The notes beneath the pieces are model-generated. The model saw only the letters and a program-made list of their open reading frames with translations, searched no databases and was not told the origin of the DNA. The position numbers and the translations under genes are program-made. Shown here piece by piece: positions 22,944 to 33,441 of a stretch of DNA of 64,000 nucleotides. Origin of the DNA: Thermoproteota archaeon (GTDB lineage Archaea > Korarchaeota > Korarchaeia > Korarchaeales > Korarchaeaceae); assembly GCA_026986575.1 (NCBI GenBank), contig JALSOH010000004.1, forward strand, positions 128,001 to 192,000, in the 5' to 3' direction. Within the stretch, counting starts at the first letter, position 1. Each line of letters begins with the position of its first letter.

Positions 22944-23591
22944 ATGAGAACTGAAGATAACCTCATCTTAGAGGTTAAAAGGATAAGTAAAAGGCTCGGG
23001 AAGAGACAGGTGTTAGCAGATGTGAGCTTCGACGTGAGGAATGGAGAGGTAGTCCTCATAAGGGGGCCCAATGGGTCGGGAAAGACGACGCTTCTAAGAA
23101 CCATTGCTGGGGTGTTTAGACCAGATTCCGGTCGAGTACTCCTATTGGGAAGGGATATTCACGAGGATATGGGTGTGAGGAGAGAAATCAGCTACTGTCC
23201 TGAGAGGCTAGGCCTTCTTGGGGATTACACAATCGAGGATAACATGATGTTCTTTACCAAAGTGTTCGGGAGATCGTTCGACGAGCACAGATTTAGAGAC
23301 TACGTGAAAGGGTTTCGGCTCGAGGGATACTCGGATGACAAGATATCCAAGCTCTCGGCTGGGACTAGGAAGAAGGTGGCTATCATCAGGACTCTCGTCT
23401 TCCCGGCTAGGCTGTACCTGCTTGACGAACCACTAGCTAACCTAGACGAGGAGAGCGTGAGCTTTTTAATTGAGGAAATTAGGAGAATGGCCGATCTAGG
23501 ATCTTCCTTCCTGATATCTTCTCACATAGAGTTCCCGGCTGCTGATCGTGAATTAGAGATGAGAGGTGGGGGACTTGTCGAGGTTAGGTGA
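22944..23591 (+). CDS. ABC exporter ATP-binding protein
   Basis: GPNGSGKTT, LSAG signature, LLDEP, SSH. Confidence 0.95.
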   Translation: MRTEDNLILEVKRISKRLGKRQVLADVSFDVRNGEVVLIRGPNGSGKTTLLRTIAGVFRPDSGRVLLLGRDIHEDMGVRREISYCPERLGLLGDYTIEDNMMFFTKVFGRSFDEHRFRDYVKGFRLEGYSDDKISKLSAGTRKKVAIIRTLVFPARLYLLDEPLANLDEESVSFLIEEIRRMADLGSSFLISSHIEFPAADRELEMRGGGLVEVR

Positions 23592-24309
23592 CCTAATAGC
23601 GGGTCACCTCTACCTAATGGGTGGATTGACCAATGTCAGGGAGATCTTCGTGTTCTTGAGCCCACAGATCCTGTTTTTGGCACTAGCTGAGGTCATAGCA
23701 GGATCCAGGACGTATACAGAATTATTGATGGTTACTTCGTTGCTTGAGAGTTTTTCCTTAGTCATTACGTATATTCTCCTTGGTATCGTGGTGCCGGGGA
23801 GGCTAATCAGATTAAGCTACTCGATGAGAGATGCCGGAATGATGGAGATATTCCTGAATCAGGGGGTTGGATTGGATCAGGTATTGCTGTCTCTCTGGAT
23901 CGGTTCGTCCCTAAAATACTCCTTATACGTGATTGCAGGAAGCCTGATAGCCCTGCTCTCTTTATACCTAGCTGGATGGATGACAGTAGTCGAATTCCTA
24001 ACGGCATTGGGCGTGATCGCCGTCATGGTCACACTCTTCTCGGCAATTTGCATTACCCTATCTCTTATCCTTCCTCCCAGTGAAGCTCAATACTGGTCTC
24101 AATTAGTCTTTTTCCTGATCTTCGGATATTTATACTTAGGTTTCCTCAATCCCCGGAATTACAATGATATCGTGAGGCTCTTCTTGGGCGGATACTTAAA
24201 CCCCATGTCGCTGGGTGGAGGGGCCATAGCAACCTTTCTCGTAATAGTTTTACTGATAGGATTATCTGAGGAGAGGGGGGATATTATTGAAATTGATGAG
24301 GTTAAATAA
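23566..24309 (+). CDS. ABC-2-type permease
   Basis: About 6 TM; RDAGMMEIFL motif equivalent to the ABC-2 E..G..E.L motif. Confidence 0.7.
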   Translation: MGDLSRLGDLIAGHLYLMGGLTNVREIFVFLSPQILFLALAEVIAGSRTYTELLMVTSLLESFSLVITYILLGIVVPGRLIRLSYSMRDAGMMEIFLNQGVGLDQVLLSLWIGSSLKYSLYVIAGSLIALLSLYLAGWMTVVEFLTALGVIAVMVTLFSAICITLSLILPPSEAQYWSQLVFFLIFGYLYLGFLNPRNYNDIVRLFLGGYLNPMSLGGGAIATFLVIVLLIGLSEERGDIIEIDEVK

Positions 24310-24973
24310 TCTAAATGCCCAAATCACCTTGGAATTGACTTTGCTTGTAAGGGGTAGGGGAAAGAGGATCGGGTGGTTAATTAGGGTACTCGTGGTCTCC
24401 ATGGCTGTGCTGTCGCTGGGTCTGCTAAGCTCACTGGAGTTGGGTAATCTCAAAAACATTTACCTATCACTCCCGGGTGTATGGCTCCTGTCTTCGGCCT
24501 TGATGATGGATAATACGGTCGAGATAAAGAATAGCGGTCTTGCTGAGATTTTGCTCCAGACATATGGGCCTTCATATTTGGGTGTGAGGTATCTCCTATA
24601 TACTGTGGTAACGATACTCCTATCAATATCCTTTATTTTGCTGGGAGGCTCTGTAGTTTCACTGATGGTTGGGATAGGATTATCGGGTTTGGATGCCATT
24701 TCCTTGCTATCTCTCTCCGTCATAGGTTCAACGGCTTTAATGACCGTTACAGTCTTATTATCGGTGAAAATTGGTGGCCTGAGGTTATTAGACACCTTTT
24801 CCCTAGCAAGTGGCGGACTTACCCTCCTCCTGATCATTTCCATGCCTTCTATATTGGAGGCGCTTAATCAAGAGTTGTTTGTTTGTATGTTGCTCGCTGG
24901 GACATTCTCCATAGCTGTTCTGACTATAGTGTACCTTAAGAGGCATGACTTTCCGGCATTATTAACAATCTAG
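24287..24973 (+). CDS. ABC-2-type permease
   Basis: About 6 TM; EIKNSGLAEILL motif. Confidence 0.7.
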   Translation: MKLMRLNNLNAQITLELTLLVRGRGKRIGWLIRVLVVSMAVLSLGLLSSLELGNLKNIYLSLPGVWLLSSALMMDNTVEIKNSGLAEILLQTYGPSYLGVRYLLYTVVTILLSISFILLGGSVVSLMVGIGLSGLDAISLLSLSVIGSTALMTVTVLLSVKIGGLRLLDTFSLASGGLTLLLIISMPSILEALNQELFVCMLLAGTFSIAVLTIVYLKRHDFPALLTI

Positions 24974-26074
24974 TGTCTCGATATTTCCCCTCATGTTCTT
25001 CCCTTCATCTTATATTAGGTTAAAGCATCCGAAGGGCTTGAGAAATTAGAAAATTCGAAGAGATTAGGACTTCTAAGGATCCAATCAAGTATAATTTGAG
25101 GAGAACCCTTAGTCGGAGTGACAGTCAAGAACTCAGTATTGTTCTCCTCACCTGAATTCTCTGGAGATTGTTTCGGCAGTACTGTAAATATTTTAACCGG
25201 TTTAAGCCTAATTAGGCGTCCAAGTGAATATTAGGTGGTTAAGGATCATGAGCGAGATGATGATCTTCTATCCTCTCACTTCGATCCTAACAGCATTGTT
25301 CGTAGAACAGAGGCCGCTTGATAATTTTTTATGTTTTTTTATTACTTTTTAGACGATACTATGCGAAGAAATCAAATTATGCGCGTGGTAAAATAATTAA
25401 AAAAGAAATCTTATTTCTTCAGACTTTTTGGAAAAATTACTTCTAAAGAAAATGCCAAAAAATGTGTTAAAAATTAGATACCTTCAACATCTCTTCTTTA
25501 GGAGCAGAGGTGCTTCTCGCCCCAAACACCTAATTTGCATCGATAATACCTTTTTAAGTGGCCTAGGCAGCCACTTGCTTAGTCGAGAATATGCTTTTTA
25601 TTTTGCACCATTTTTTGGTGATGCGTTGCGATAGCGCATATACACTATGTCACCACCTACTATTGGACCTACCCGCATTAGTTACTAATGCGAGCTGGTA
25701 GAGCTCTCGGTGTTTCAGCAAAATTGTTGTATATAGCTCGAGGATCCTTTGGGCCGTTAATCTTGCTAGAGAAGCACTATAATTTACAAAGTTGATGTCC
25801 TTCAGATGGCTTCAGCCAAATATGTCGAGTCAGAAAGGCTCTTAGCCAAGGATGGGGCTGCATGAGTGGCTACCAATAAAGGGATTAACTAACGAATGCA
25901 AGCCTCCGTCTCCGAAGGCCGAGGATACGAAAACTGTGTTTCCAGTAGAAACCATCAAATGGAAGCCACCACACAAATGATAATCTTCTAGATATCAACA
26001 TTGATAACTTGGAAGCTTCCTACTAGGAAAAGGCTAATTGGCTCATAAAGCCATATTTGACATGGGTGTAGGGA

Positions 26075-26275
26075 TTGTCTAAAGCCATATGGGTGAAGTA
26101 TGAGAAGGGGGTATTGAAGCCTCTGGAGGAGCTAGACCTCCCTGAGGGCGAGGTATTGCTTGTAAAGTTAATTGGGACACAATTGGCAGAGAAGGTATTT
26201 GGTTCCATAAAGGTCGATAAGGAGAGGCTCGAGCACTTTCTGAGGGAAGCTGAAGATGAGTTCGGTGTTTATTGA
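26075..26275 (+). CDS. AF2212/DUF104-like antitoxin
   Basis: YEKGVLKPLEELDLPEGE motif; overlaps a PIN gene. Confidence 0.88.
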   Translation: MSKAIWVKYEKGVLKPLEELDLPEGEVLLVKLIGTQLAEKVFGSIKVDKERLEHFLREAEDEFGVY

Positions 26276-26690
26276 TAGTAATGTATTCATTAAATACTTT
26301 GCTGGTGACATAGAGGCTAGGAGGCTCTTAGAACCGATAATTTACGGAGATATGCAGGGCTACATTAATAACGTAATTTTCTCAGAAGTACTCTTCATTT
26401 CAGTAAAGCTTCTCACGGGAAGGAAAGCTTACGAATTAAAGAAGAATCCGGAAATAATCAAGAATATATTCGATAAAATAACGGATTACGTTCTCTTCCT
26501 ACGGCAATACTTCAAAGAGTTAGAGATAAATGAAGAGATAAAGCAATCGGCGTATGAAATAATCAGAGACTACGGGCTACTACCCAACGACTCCTTAATC
26601 GCGGCAACATGCAAACACTACGGCATAGATACCATAGTGACTTTTGATGTAGATTTCAGGCGTATACCGTGGCTCAACGTAGTTCCCTAG
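26256..26690 (+). CDS. vapC: VapC PIN-domain toxin
   Basis: FIDSNV, SEV, PNDSLIAATC, TFD.DF. Confidence 0.92.
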   Translation: MSSVFIDSNVFIKYFAGDIEARRLLEPIIYGDMQGYINNVIFSEVLFISVKLLTGRKAYELKKNPEIIKNIFDKITDYVLFLRQYFKELEINEEIKQSAYEIIRDYGLLPNDSLIAATCKHYGIDTIVTFDVDFRRIPWLNVVP

Positions 26691-27319
26691 GTTTAGGTTT
26701 AGCTGATGAGTCCTAAGCTAGGAGGATATGCGGGAATGAGGCGGTGCAATGAGCACGTCCTGCCTCTTTTATTAGTGTGGTTATGGATGTTCATCGGTTT
26801 TGTTGTCACCAGCATTTTGTTAGCTATATTAAAAGGGTGTAGTTCACTTCAGAGCGTATCATCGAATTGTATAGCAATGAGCCCTACTTAGCGGTTTACG
26901 GCGAGATAACTAGTATGGGAGGGTTACCTCTCCCATCTCAATCCTATGTGGAGACAGTTTCACGATGTATGGTTTTAGAAGGCAGGGAATGCTCTGAGGA
27001 GCTTAGGGTTATTATCTATATTTGCCATTGTCATGTCAACATTGAGAACCATGCGGAGCGACTGATCCTTTGAGAGCTTTAACCTAAAGTTCCCCCTTAA
27101 TGTTTGGTATGCAGTATTGGGTGTCTTAGCTTACGGTTCTCTAGAGATTTTCTTTGTGGTATGGCTTATAGTAAATGTCTATAGGGTACCTAATAAGTGT
27201 GGAAGGTTATTATCTCATGAGCTACTCATCACTGCTACAATACTTAGTTTGTCGCATTTGGTACTATCCCCTGCAGGTGGAGATCAACGAGAAGGCTGGT
27301 GGGAAGGATTACCCCGTAA

Positions 27320-27743
27320 GTTATGGTCTACTCCCTTCTCCTCAGCCCACTTGATCAGCGATAATGCAAGCTTTTCTATGTCACTGTAGAGCTTATCCTC
27401 CAAGATTTTCCTCACGATATAAAGATCCACAGACTAATACTGATTGATCACAACGTTCCTGAATCTTATGATCTTCCTGAACAGCTCAGCCTCGGGATCG
27501 CTCAGGCAGCTCTCCCGTTTCAGGATCTGAGGGATTCCTATAACTCTAGGGGACAGCAGCTCCAACCTTCGAGGCTGTATGAGCCGTCAGAGCTATGAAC
27601 GCTTGAGATGCTAACTGGAGGGCGTGTAGAGCTGATAGAAGGAGAAACTTATCCTTTAAAATAGCGATTCCGTGTCTCTGAATCCCCTCATCCAGTAACT
27701 CGGTGCCCTCCCTGATGACTTATAGGAGCCTCTCGTTTCTCAT
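27320..27743 (-). pseudogene. HepT/DUF86 RNase toxin pseudogene
   Basis: Reads LHALQLASQA...IIRFRNVVINQY*SVD; several in-frame stops; RxxxxH His lost; 3' end approximate. Confidence 0.7.
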
Positions 27744-27900
27744 CTCAGATCCCTCTCCGCGGCCTTTAAGAACTTCCTCCTGAGGTCCAACTTCTCCCTG
27801 AAGACGAGGTAGTCTAGGTATTGGGAGAGGATCCTTCTCTTATTACTCGCTGCAGAGCTGGGGATCCGAGGATCAGAGCGGGATCTCAGATTACAGCGTC
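27740..27900 (-). pseudogene. remnant of cognate MNT antitoxin (C-terminus only)
   Basis: SQYLDYLVFREKLDLRRKF...* directly overlapping the HepT start. Confidence 0.4.
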
Positions 27901-27950
27901 GTACAGGAGGCGCGCGCATTCATGCGATAACCCATATGGATCCTCTGCTT

Positions 27951-28466
27951 TTACCCTTCAGCTGAACTCTCTCCGCTTTCTTCACCGCTCCTCTTCTCCT
28001 TCCAAGGTTCTCTTAGTTCTCCTGGCTCTGAGAGCTTATCACCGTACTTGTAGAACAATATGTAGATGAAATAGCTCCCTGCCACTAAGAAGGCAAAGTC
28101 ACGAAGCTCTTTGCCGGGAATTAAGTCTGAGCTAATCCCCAGTCTGATGAGCGTATACGGATAAAGCACTACCATCATAACGTAGAAGGTTATCAGAGAG
28201 AAGAAGACGTATATGAGAGCATATCTCGTTCTCCTTACTTCCAGCATGTAGTAGTCGATCGCACCGATCAGCCCGAAGCTGGTAATTACTATGAGCACTC
28301 CTTCTATAAAAGGTAGATACCTGTTATTCTTACTGGCAACCGGAAAGTATGTAATGAAATGATAGATTAGCATGGCAAAAAGCATAAATATAGTAAATAA
28401 TATCCTCTCTTTGGATGATTTATTTGAACCTCCTACATCTTGAGGCCTTAAGGTACGCATTGACAT
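27951..28466 (-). CDS. four-TM membrane protein, putative immunity protein
   Basis: Four hydrophobic segments; overlaps the 3' end of the Cys-rich precursor gene. Confidence 0.5.
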   Translation of the reverse strand: MSMRTLRPQDVGGSNKSSKERILFTIFMLFAMLIYHFITYFPVASKNNRYLPFIEGVLIVITSFGLIGAIDYYMLEVRRTRYALIYVFFSLITFYVMMVVLYPYTLIRLGISSDLIPGKELRDFAFLVAGSYFIYILFYKYGDKLSEPGELREPWKEKRSGEESGESSAEG

Positions 28467-29245
28467 ACCGTACCTACCTCGCTACAACATCCGCCATACA
28501 GGGTAAATACTAAGCAAAAGGGACACCAGACTATCAAGCATTCCCAGAATGCCGGAACATTTCTACAGCTAGCGCAGCAATTGAGAAGACATGAGATATT
28601 CCATCTACAGCAGTACGCGGAGCAACTGCAGTAGTCCCCACATGAATCATATCCTGGATATGCTGTGCAATTATGAGCGCAACTGCTCAAATTTATATAT
28701 GAACCATTGATGATTCTAGCATCAATTGATATATAGTCTTTATGAGAGCTGAGAATCAACGCTATACTTCTAATTTCATTGACTAATTTAGTGCCCTTCA
28801 TATAAATTAAATACTTTCTTTCCTTAAGTGGGATTAGAAGCAGTACTGCTGTGACTATATCTCCATCGACCGAAAATCTAATGAGCGAGCCTTTAGGTTG
28901 AGATGCCTTAAGATCATTTACATTAAGTGCGCCCCTCTCTATAAGAGAAATCACATCATTTGATTTTAAAGCCTCTGTAACGAAATTTTTGAGCTCTGCT
29001 CCCTCCAGTTTCATGTGATCCAATTCAACAAAATAGGGTTCATTTCTTAATCCTTTGTTCGCCTTTATTTTGAGATCTCCTGTACAAGTAATTGATACTA
29101 TGCTGAGAAGAGATGCCTTTAATGCTTCTTTAATAAACCTCCTTCTGCTCAAATTAATTCTCCATAGGCGCATGAGCGTAATAGACATTCCTGAAATATA
29201 AATTCTACGTTCTATTCCTATGCATTCTTTCCTTGAGAATCTCAC
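28448..29245 (-). CDS. Tat-exported halocin-C8-like precursor with 18-Cys C-terminal domain
   Basis: LSRRRFIK twin-arginine motif plus h-region; ~77-aa C-terminus with 18 Cys; real start likely ATG 29188. Confidence 0.6.
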   Translation of the reverse strand: MRFSRKECIGIERRIYISGMSITLMRLWRINLSRRRFIKEALKASLLSIVSITCTGDLKIKANKGLRNEPYFVELDHMKLEGAELKNFVTEALKSNDVISLIERGALNVNDLKASQPKGSLIRFSVDGDIVTAVLLLIPLKERKYLIYMKGTKLVNEIRSIALILSSHKDYISIDARIINGSYINLSSCAHNCTAYPGYDSCGDYCSCSAYCCRWNISCLLNCCASCRNVPAFWECLIVWCPFCLVFTLYGGCCSEVGTVCQCVP

Positions 29246-29518
29246 CTTACCCTCTACATTTCCGCCCTCAGGCCATATCGCGTTTAGGGCTTCCTTGAAT
29301 CCTAGATCCGCTGATCTGAACAGTCTGATCGCAAGTTCCTTGAGGTAGAGACCAATTTGCCTCCTTTAACTTGGCCTTTATTAACTCTTTGTTCTTTCTC
29401 GCTTTTGTCTCCTTTATTCTCGTCTCTACGATTCTTCTGAGCTTCTCAGCGCGCGAATAGGATTATTAAAGTTCATCACAGATCTTCGGGAATTCGTTAA
29501 ATACTTCCCGAAGATTTA

Positions 29519-29945
29519 ATGCTTGGAACCCTCATGAGGGACGAAGCCAGAAGGTGGTTCTCTGAGGCGAGATGGAACTTGGAGACCGCTAGGATATTGC
29601 ATGATAGGGGAAGATACAACGCCGCTTGCTTTTACGCTCATAGCCGCGGAGATGGCTGTCAAAGCCCTCTTGATAAGCAGGAACGAGCCTCCTTGGAGCC
29701 ACGGCGTGAGGGCCCTGCTCGAGAGGTATTCGGAGATCAGTGGTGAGGACGTGTCCCTCCTCTTACCTCACGCCAGGGAGCTGGACAGGCACTACATCCC
29801 CTCCAGATATCCGAACGCCCATCCATACGGGACGCCCCACGAGGCTTACGACAAGCCAACCTCCATAAAGGCCATCGGAAGCGCGGAACTAATATTGGGT
29901 TACGTGGAGGATAGGTTGGATGGATCTCAGGAAGCTGGTGAATAG
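29519..29945 (+). pseudogene. HEPN-domain protein, frameshifted near 29641
   Basis: ACFYAH in one frame continues as AAEMAVKA...LDRHYIPSRYP in another. Confidence 0.8.
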
Positions 29946-30312
29946 GATAAGGGAGAGGTATAGGGTCTACGCGATCATACTCTTCGGCTCACGGGCCAGG
30001 GGAGACTGGCTCCCTCACAGTGATTACGATCTTCTCGTCGTGGCCGAATTCAAAGAGCCCTTCCTAGACAGGATCTACGAGCTCTCCGGATTGGCTAAGG
30101 GCCCTGTGGAATTCCATCCCTACACCCTCTACGAGGTGAGGGAATTACTGAGGAGGGGCGTTCCATCGATCGTTGATGCCCTCGAGGAGGGCATCGTCCT
30201 CTACGAGGGGGAGGAGTTCAGGGAGGTGAGGGAGCTTTTCGAGGAGATGAAGAGGAAGGGGCTCAGGAGGAGCGGTGTATCGATCATATTGCCCGGAGGT
30301 GATCAGCCGTAG
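29920..30312 (+). CDS. minimal nucleotidyltransferase (MNT)
   Basis: LFGSRARGD....SDYDLLVV. Confidence 0.92.
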   Translation: MDLRKLVNRIRERYRVYAIILFGSRARGDWLPHSDYDLLVVAEFKEPFLDRIYELSGLAKGPVEFHPYTLYEVRELLRRGVPSIVDALEEGIVLYEGEEFREVRELFEEMKRKGLRRSGVSIILPGGDQP

Positions 30313-31284
30313 GTCTCTTCCACGCCCCCACCCAGCCGGGGATCTGGTGTTCCCGAGTTTTATCGACCCTTCACCCTTCAATACGCTTCTAACGTCGGAT
30401 ATGAAGATCTGAGGTGTGTTGCAAGATCCCAAGCATCCGCAGTAGCTGTAGTAGGGACATGGATCCCTTTTCGTGTGGGTCATCATGTAGCTGACGAACA
30501 TGATACCTCCCAGATCCCTCAGCTCCAGCCCGCACGTCCCGTTAACTAGCGTGTTGGCGGAGCCGCACGACCCCCCGCAGTTCGCTGCTGGTTCACTGCC
30601 CGATAGGGTGATCAGCGCTACGCCCTCACCCATGCCCAAGAACCTCGCTCTGAAGATCATGTGAACGTCGCATGCCGTGCGAGGTGGTTTCTGTCTCGTG
30701 CACCCACTCGCCCTGCCATGTTCGTAGTAAAACCACCAGACATTCCCCTCGGGGTGCATGAGCCCGTGATATATCTCGTTGCACCTCCACATACCATCTC
30801 CGTAACCCTCTGATGGTCCGCTCAGCCTCCTCCACCCCTTCTCCTCCCTAATCCAGAGATCCGCGACCCCTCTCAGGGGGTCCAGTAGGGTGGGCGGTAA
30901 GTCGGCGAAGATCCTAGAAGGCACGCTGCTAAGGGCTAGCTCTGATGCCAGCATCTCGATATAGTGGATGTCGTGACTCCCGTTGAGGGACCATATTATA
31001 ACGAACGGGAGGGTCCTGTTGATTCGCTCGGCGTAATCGAGCAGCTTCCTTATCTCTAACCTGTTAAACCTGAGTGGAGGGACGACGAGGGCGAGAGAAC
31101 CTAGCCTCCTCCCGTATCTCTCGAATACCTCCTTCTCCTTGGCGTAATATTCAACGTCAGGGAGGGATTTGAGGAACATCTCCTTCACGGAATTCCCCCT
31201 AGGAGCTAAGCTTAAGACAAGTCCGCCGATGAGTAGGATAAGGAATAGAGAATTAAGAGCCCTCCTATCGACCGTGGGATCCAT
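30145..31284 (-). CDS. secreted or membrane-anchored Cys-rich hypothetical protein
   Basis: RR plus hydrophobic N-terminus; ~10 Cys in the C-terminal half; last ~55 codons overlap MNT antisense. Confidence 0.55.
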   Translation of the reverse strand: MDPTVDRRALNSLFLILLIGGLVLSLAPRGNSVKEMFLKSLPDVEYYAKEKEVFERYGRRLGSLALVVPPLRFNRLEIRKLLDYAERINRTLPFVIIWSLNGSHDIHYIEMLASELALSSVPSRIFADLPPTLLDPLRGVADLWIREEKGWRRLSGPSEGYGDGMWRCNEIYHGLMHPEGNVWWFYYEHGRASGCTRQKPPRTACDVHMIFRARFLGMGEGVALITLSGSEPAANCGGSCGSANTLVNGTCGLELRDLGGIMFVSYMMTHTKRDPCPYYSYCGCLGSCNTPQIFISDVRSVLKGEGSIKLGNTRSPAGWGRGRDLRLITSGQYDRYTAPPEPLPLHLLEKLPHLPELLPLVEDDALLEGINDRWNAPPQ

Positions 31285-31376
31285 GCATCCTTTCCTATGT
31301 CGTACCGGGTGCAATGTTATAAGATCTGATGCGCTGCCCTCGAGTCAGTTTTTAATTTCGAGGGGAGCAATAAATT

Positions 31377-31673
31377 GGGGGAGAGGAGGCCGGGGGTTAC
31401 GGCCGTAAGGCTGAGGAAGGTCCGCCCACGCCCCCAGCACCGCCTCCCCGTAAGGGGATGCCCCGAGAGGGGCAGGAAGGCCCACAGAAACGACACGTCC
31501 CTCGGGGCATGGCGATGATGCCGGTGAGGCAGAGGACCCCGAGGGGACCGGTGAAACGGGGCCCCGGCGGTGTGCAAGCCAGTCCCCGCAATGAGCAGCT
31601 GGGGCGAGCGGGGGGTAGGCGCTCAGCCGAATCCCCCAAGTACAGAAGGCGGACTATGGCCTCCACTCCCCCC
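31377..31673 (+). ncRNA. rnpB: RNase P RNA
   Basis: GAGGAAGGTCCGC ... ACAGAAAC ... TGAAAC ... TACAGAAGGCGGACTAT (P4) and terminal P1 helix. Confidence 0.95.
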
Positions 31674-31836
31674 CCAACGAGATCCCACTCCCCCTAACTG
31701 AAATGGGGGTGCGGGAAGATCATGACCATATAGCGCAGGAGAGACGGCTCCAAGCCAAAAGAGGAGAGAATAGCCTTCCACCGCTTGGGAAATCTTTAAA
31801 TATGGGAAATTCAGGTATAGGATGGCGGGGCGAAGC

Positions 31837-31910
31837 AGCGGGGTGGGGCAGCCTGGTAGCCCGCCGGGCTCATAACCCGGAGGTCGGTGGTTCAAATCCA
31901 CCCCCCGCTA
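31837..31910 (+). tRNA. initiator tRNA-Met(CAT)
   Basis: A1-U72 pair; CCGGG-CTCATAA-CCCGG arm; no encoded CCA. Confidence 0.93.
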
Positions 31911-32083
31911 CTTGAAAAGTTTTGACATTATTTCGTGTTTTCTGATGTATATTTTCCTATAAATCCGAGTTATTGAATAAAACCATCTATAACATCCCCT
32001 TCAAAAATTCAGTCCCCTGTCTCACAACTCTCATTGACGTGATTTTGAATAAGTCCGGGCACTTAGCACCTATTAGATAGTCG

Positions 32084-32299
32084 CTATGAGGAATCTCTCT
32101 CCGCATTTCGGCCAATGCTGGGTCTCGCACCACCCTCCTCAACTCTCTTAGCTAGATCTATTAGCCTCCTTATTATATCATCGTAGGTTTCTCCCTTCCT
32201 CCCAAGACTCTTGAGCATCTCTCTGGTCTCTTTTGATATCTGAATGGTCGTTAGATCTCTTCTAGATTTAGGCATCGTCGTTATGGGTAGTTTATGCAT
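32084..32299 (-). CDS. small RHH/VapB-like DNA-binding protein
   Basis: TTIQISKET...LKSL..KGETYDDII.RL. Confidence 0.75.
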   Translation of the reverse strand: MHKLPITTMPKSRRDLTTIQISKETREMLKSLGRKGETYDDIIRRLIDLAKRVEEGGARPSIGRNAERDSS

Positions 32300-32369
32300 T
32301 TTAAACTTAATTATGCATCACATATAATTGCACATAATAATTATATAATTCTACCTCCGAAATTATGGG

Positions 32370-33441
32370 GTGCACATGGTAAGCGAGAAAGTACGGAGTC
32401 AGAAAGTTACTCCTAGGGGAAGACGCATCCCTCATGACCTCAGAATGGAACTCTACTTTTTAGTTAGAGAGCCCCGCGATAGAGGGATGAGTTATCGTGA
32501 GATTCAGAGAATTGTGGAAAGGGAGCGCGGTATCAAAATAAGCAGGTCTCACATATCCTACTGGATTCACGGCCTTCATACCCCGCTAAACGAGCCCTAC
32601 AATCATGTCGATACTTCCAAGAAGGGTGAGCTGGCTTGGATAGCAGGGATGTTCGTAGGGGATGGTTCCGTGAAGATCAACAGGAAGGGTCGCTTCTTGG
32701 TGCTGAAAGTTAAGGATAGGGAGCTAGCGGAGGCTGCCGCTAATAAACTGGCAGTTGTTCTGGGAAAGGGAGAGAGGTACGCGGTAAACAGGATGGGGGA
32801 CGGTAGGTACTACGTACAGGTCCAGTCGAGGGAACTAGTCGACCACTTGAGAGCGTGGGAGAACATTCTCTCGCATCTAGAGAGAAGCCCTAGAGAGTTC
32901 ATTCAGGCACTCTTCGATTGTGAGGGCGGACCTATAGGACACGTTAGTGCATCTGGCAGGTTCTTCGCCAGAATAGATGTAGGTAATACCAATAGAGAGT
33001 TGCTCGAGGATGTATCCCTGAAGCTCTCTGACATGGGGATTCCAATCAACCGTTTCGATGCATTATCCCAAGGGAAAGGTTTTCGTAACTAGGAAGGGGA
33101 GATCCGTGGCTAGAAGAGACTGTTACTTCTTAAGGATATATCGGCAGGGGGGCATCATTAGGTACCGGGATGAGGTTGGATTTGTCACTTCAAGGAAGCA
33201 GGAGAAGCTAGAGGACATAGTTTACATCCTCTCTAATCTCGGATCTGGACGGGAAGCTGCCGTGGAGTGGATTAGGAGATACGAATACAAGAGAGGGATG
33301 GGCCGCCAGAGGTGGTTCAGGAGGGAGAGGTTCCTTGAATGGGAGGATGCTGTTAAGGAGTATGAGAGGTTCTTAGCCAGGAGATCGGCGATTAATCGTT
33401 ATTATAGGTCACAGCATTCCCCTCTTTCTGCAGGCCTCTAG
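32370..33441 (+). pseudogene. free-standing HTH + double LAGLIDADG endonuclease, frameshifted near 33044
   Basis: GMSYREI HTH, AWIAGMFVGDG and FIQALFDCEG motifs; removing one A joins the two ORFs. Confidence 0.8.

Noticed and set aside
25690-25960. Possible IS200/IS605 tnpB 3'-end remnant
   Set aside because: Only a vague AVNL-like fragment; no zinc finger, RuvC motif or clear end hairpin.
26700-27300. Short hydrophobic ORFs after vapC
   Set aside because: Fragmentary and without recognisable motifs; possibly a decayed membrane gene, unsupported.
31317-31915. Short ORFs around 31.3-31.9 kb
   Set aside because: Explained by RNase P RNA and tRNA-iMet.
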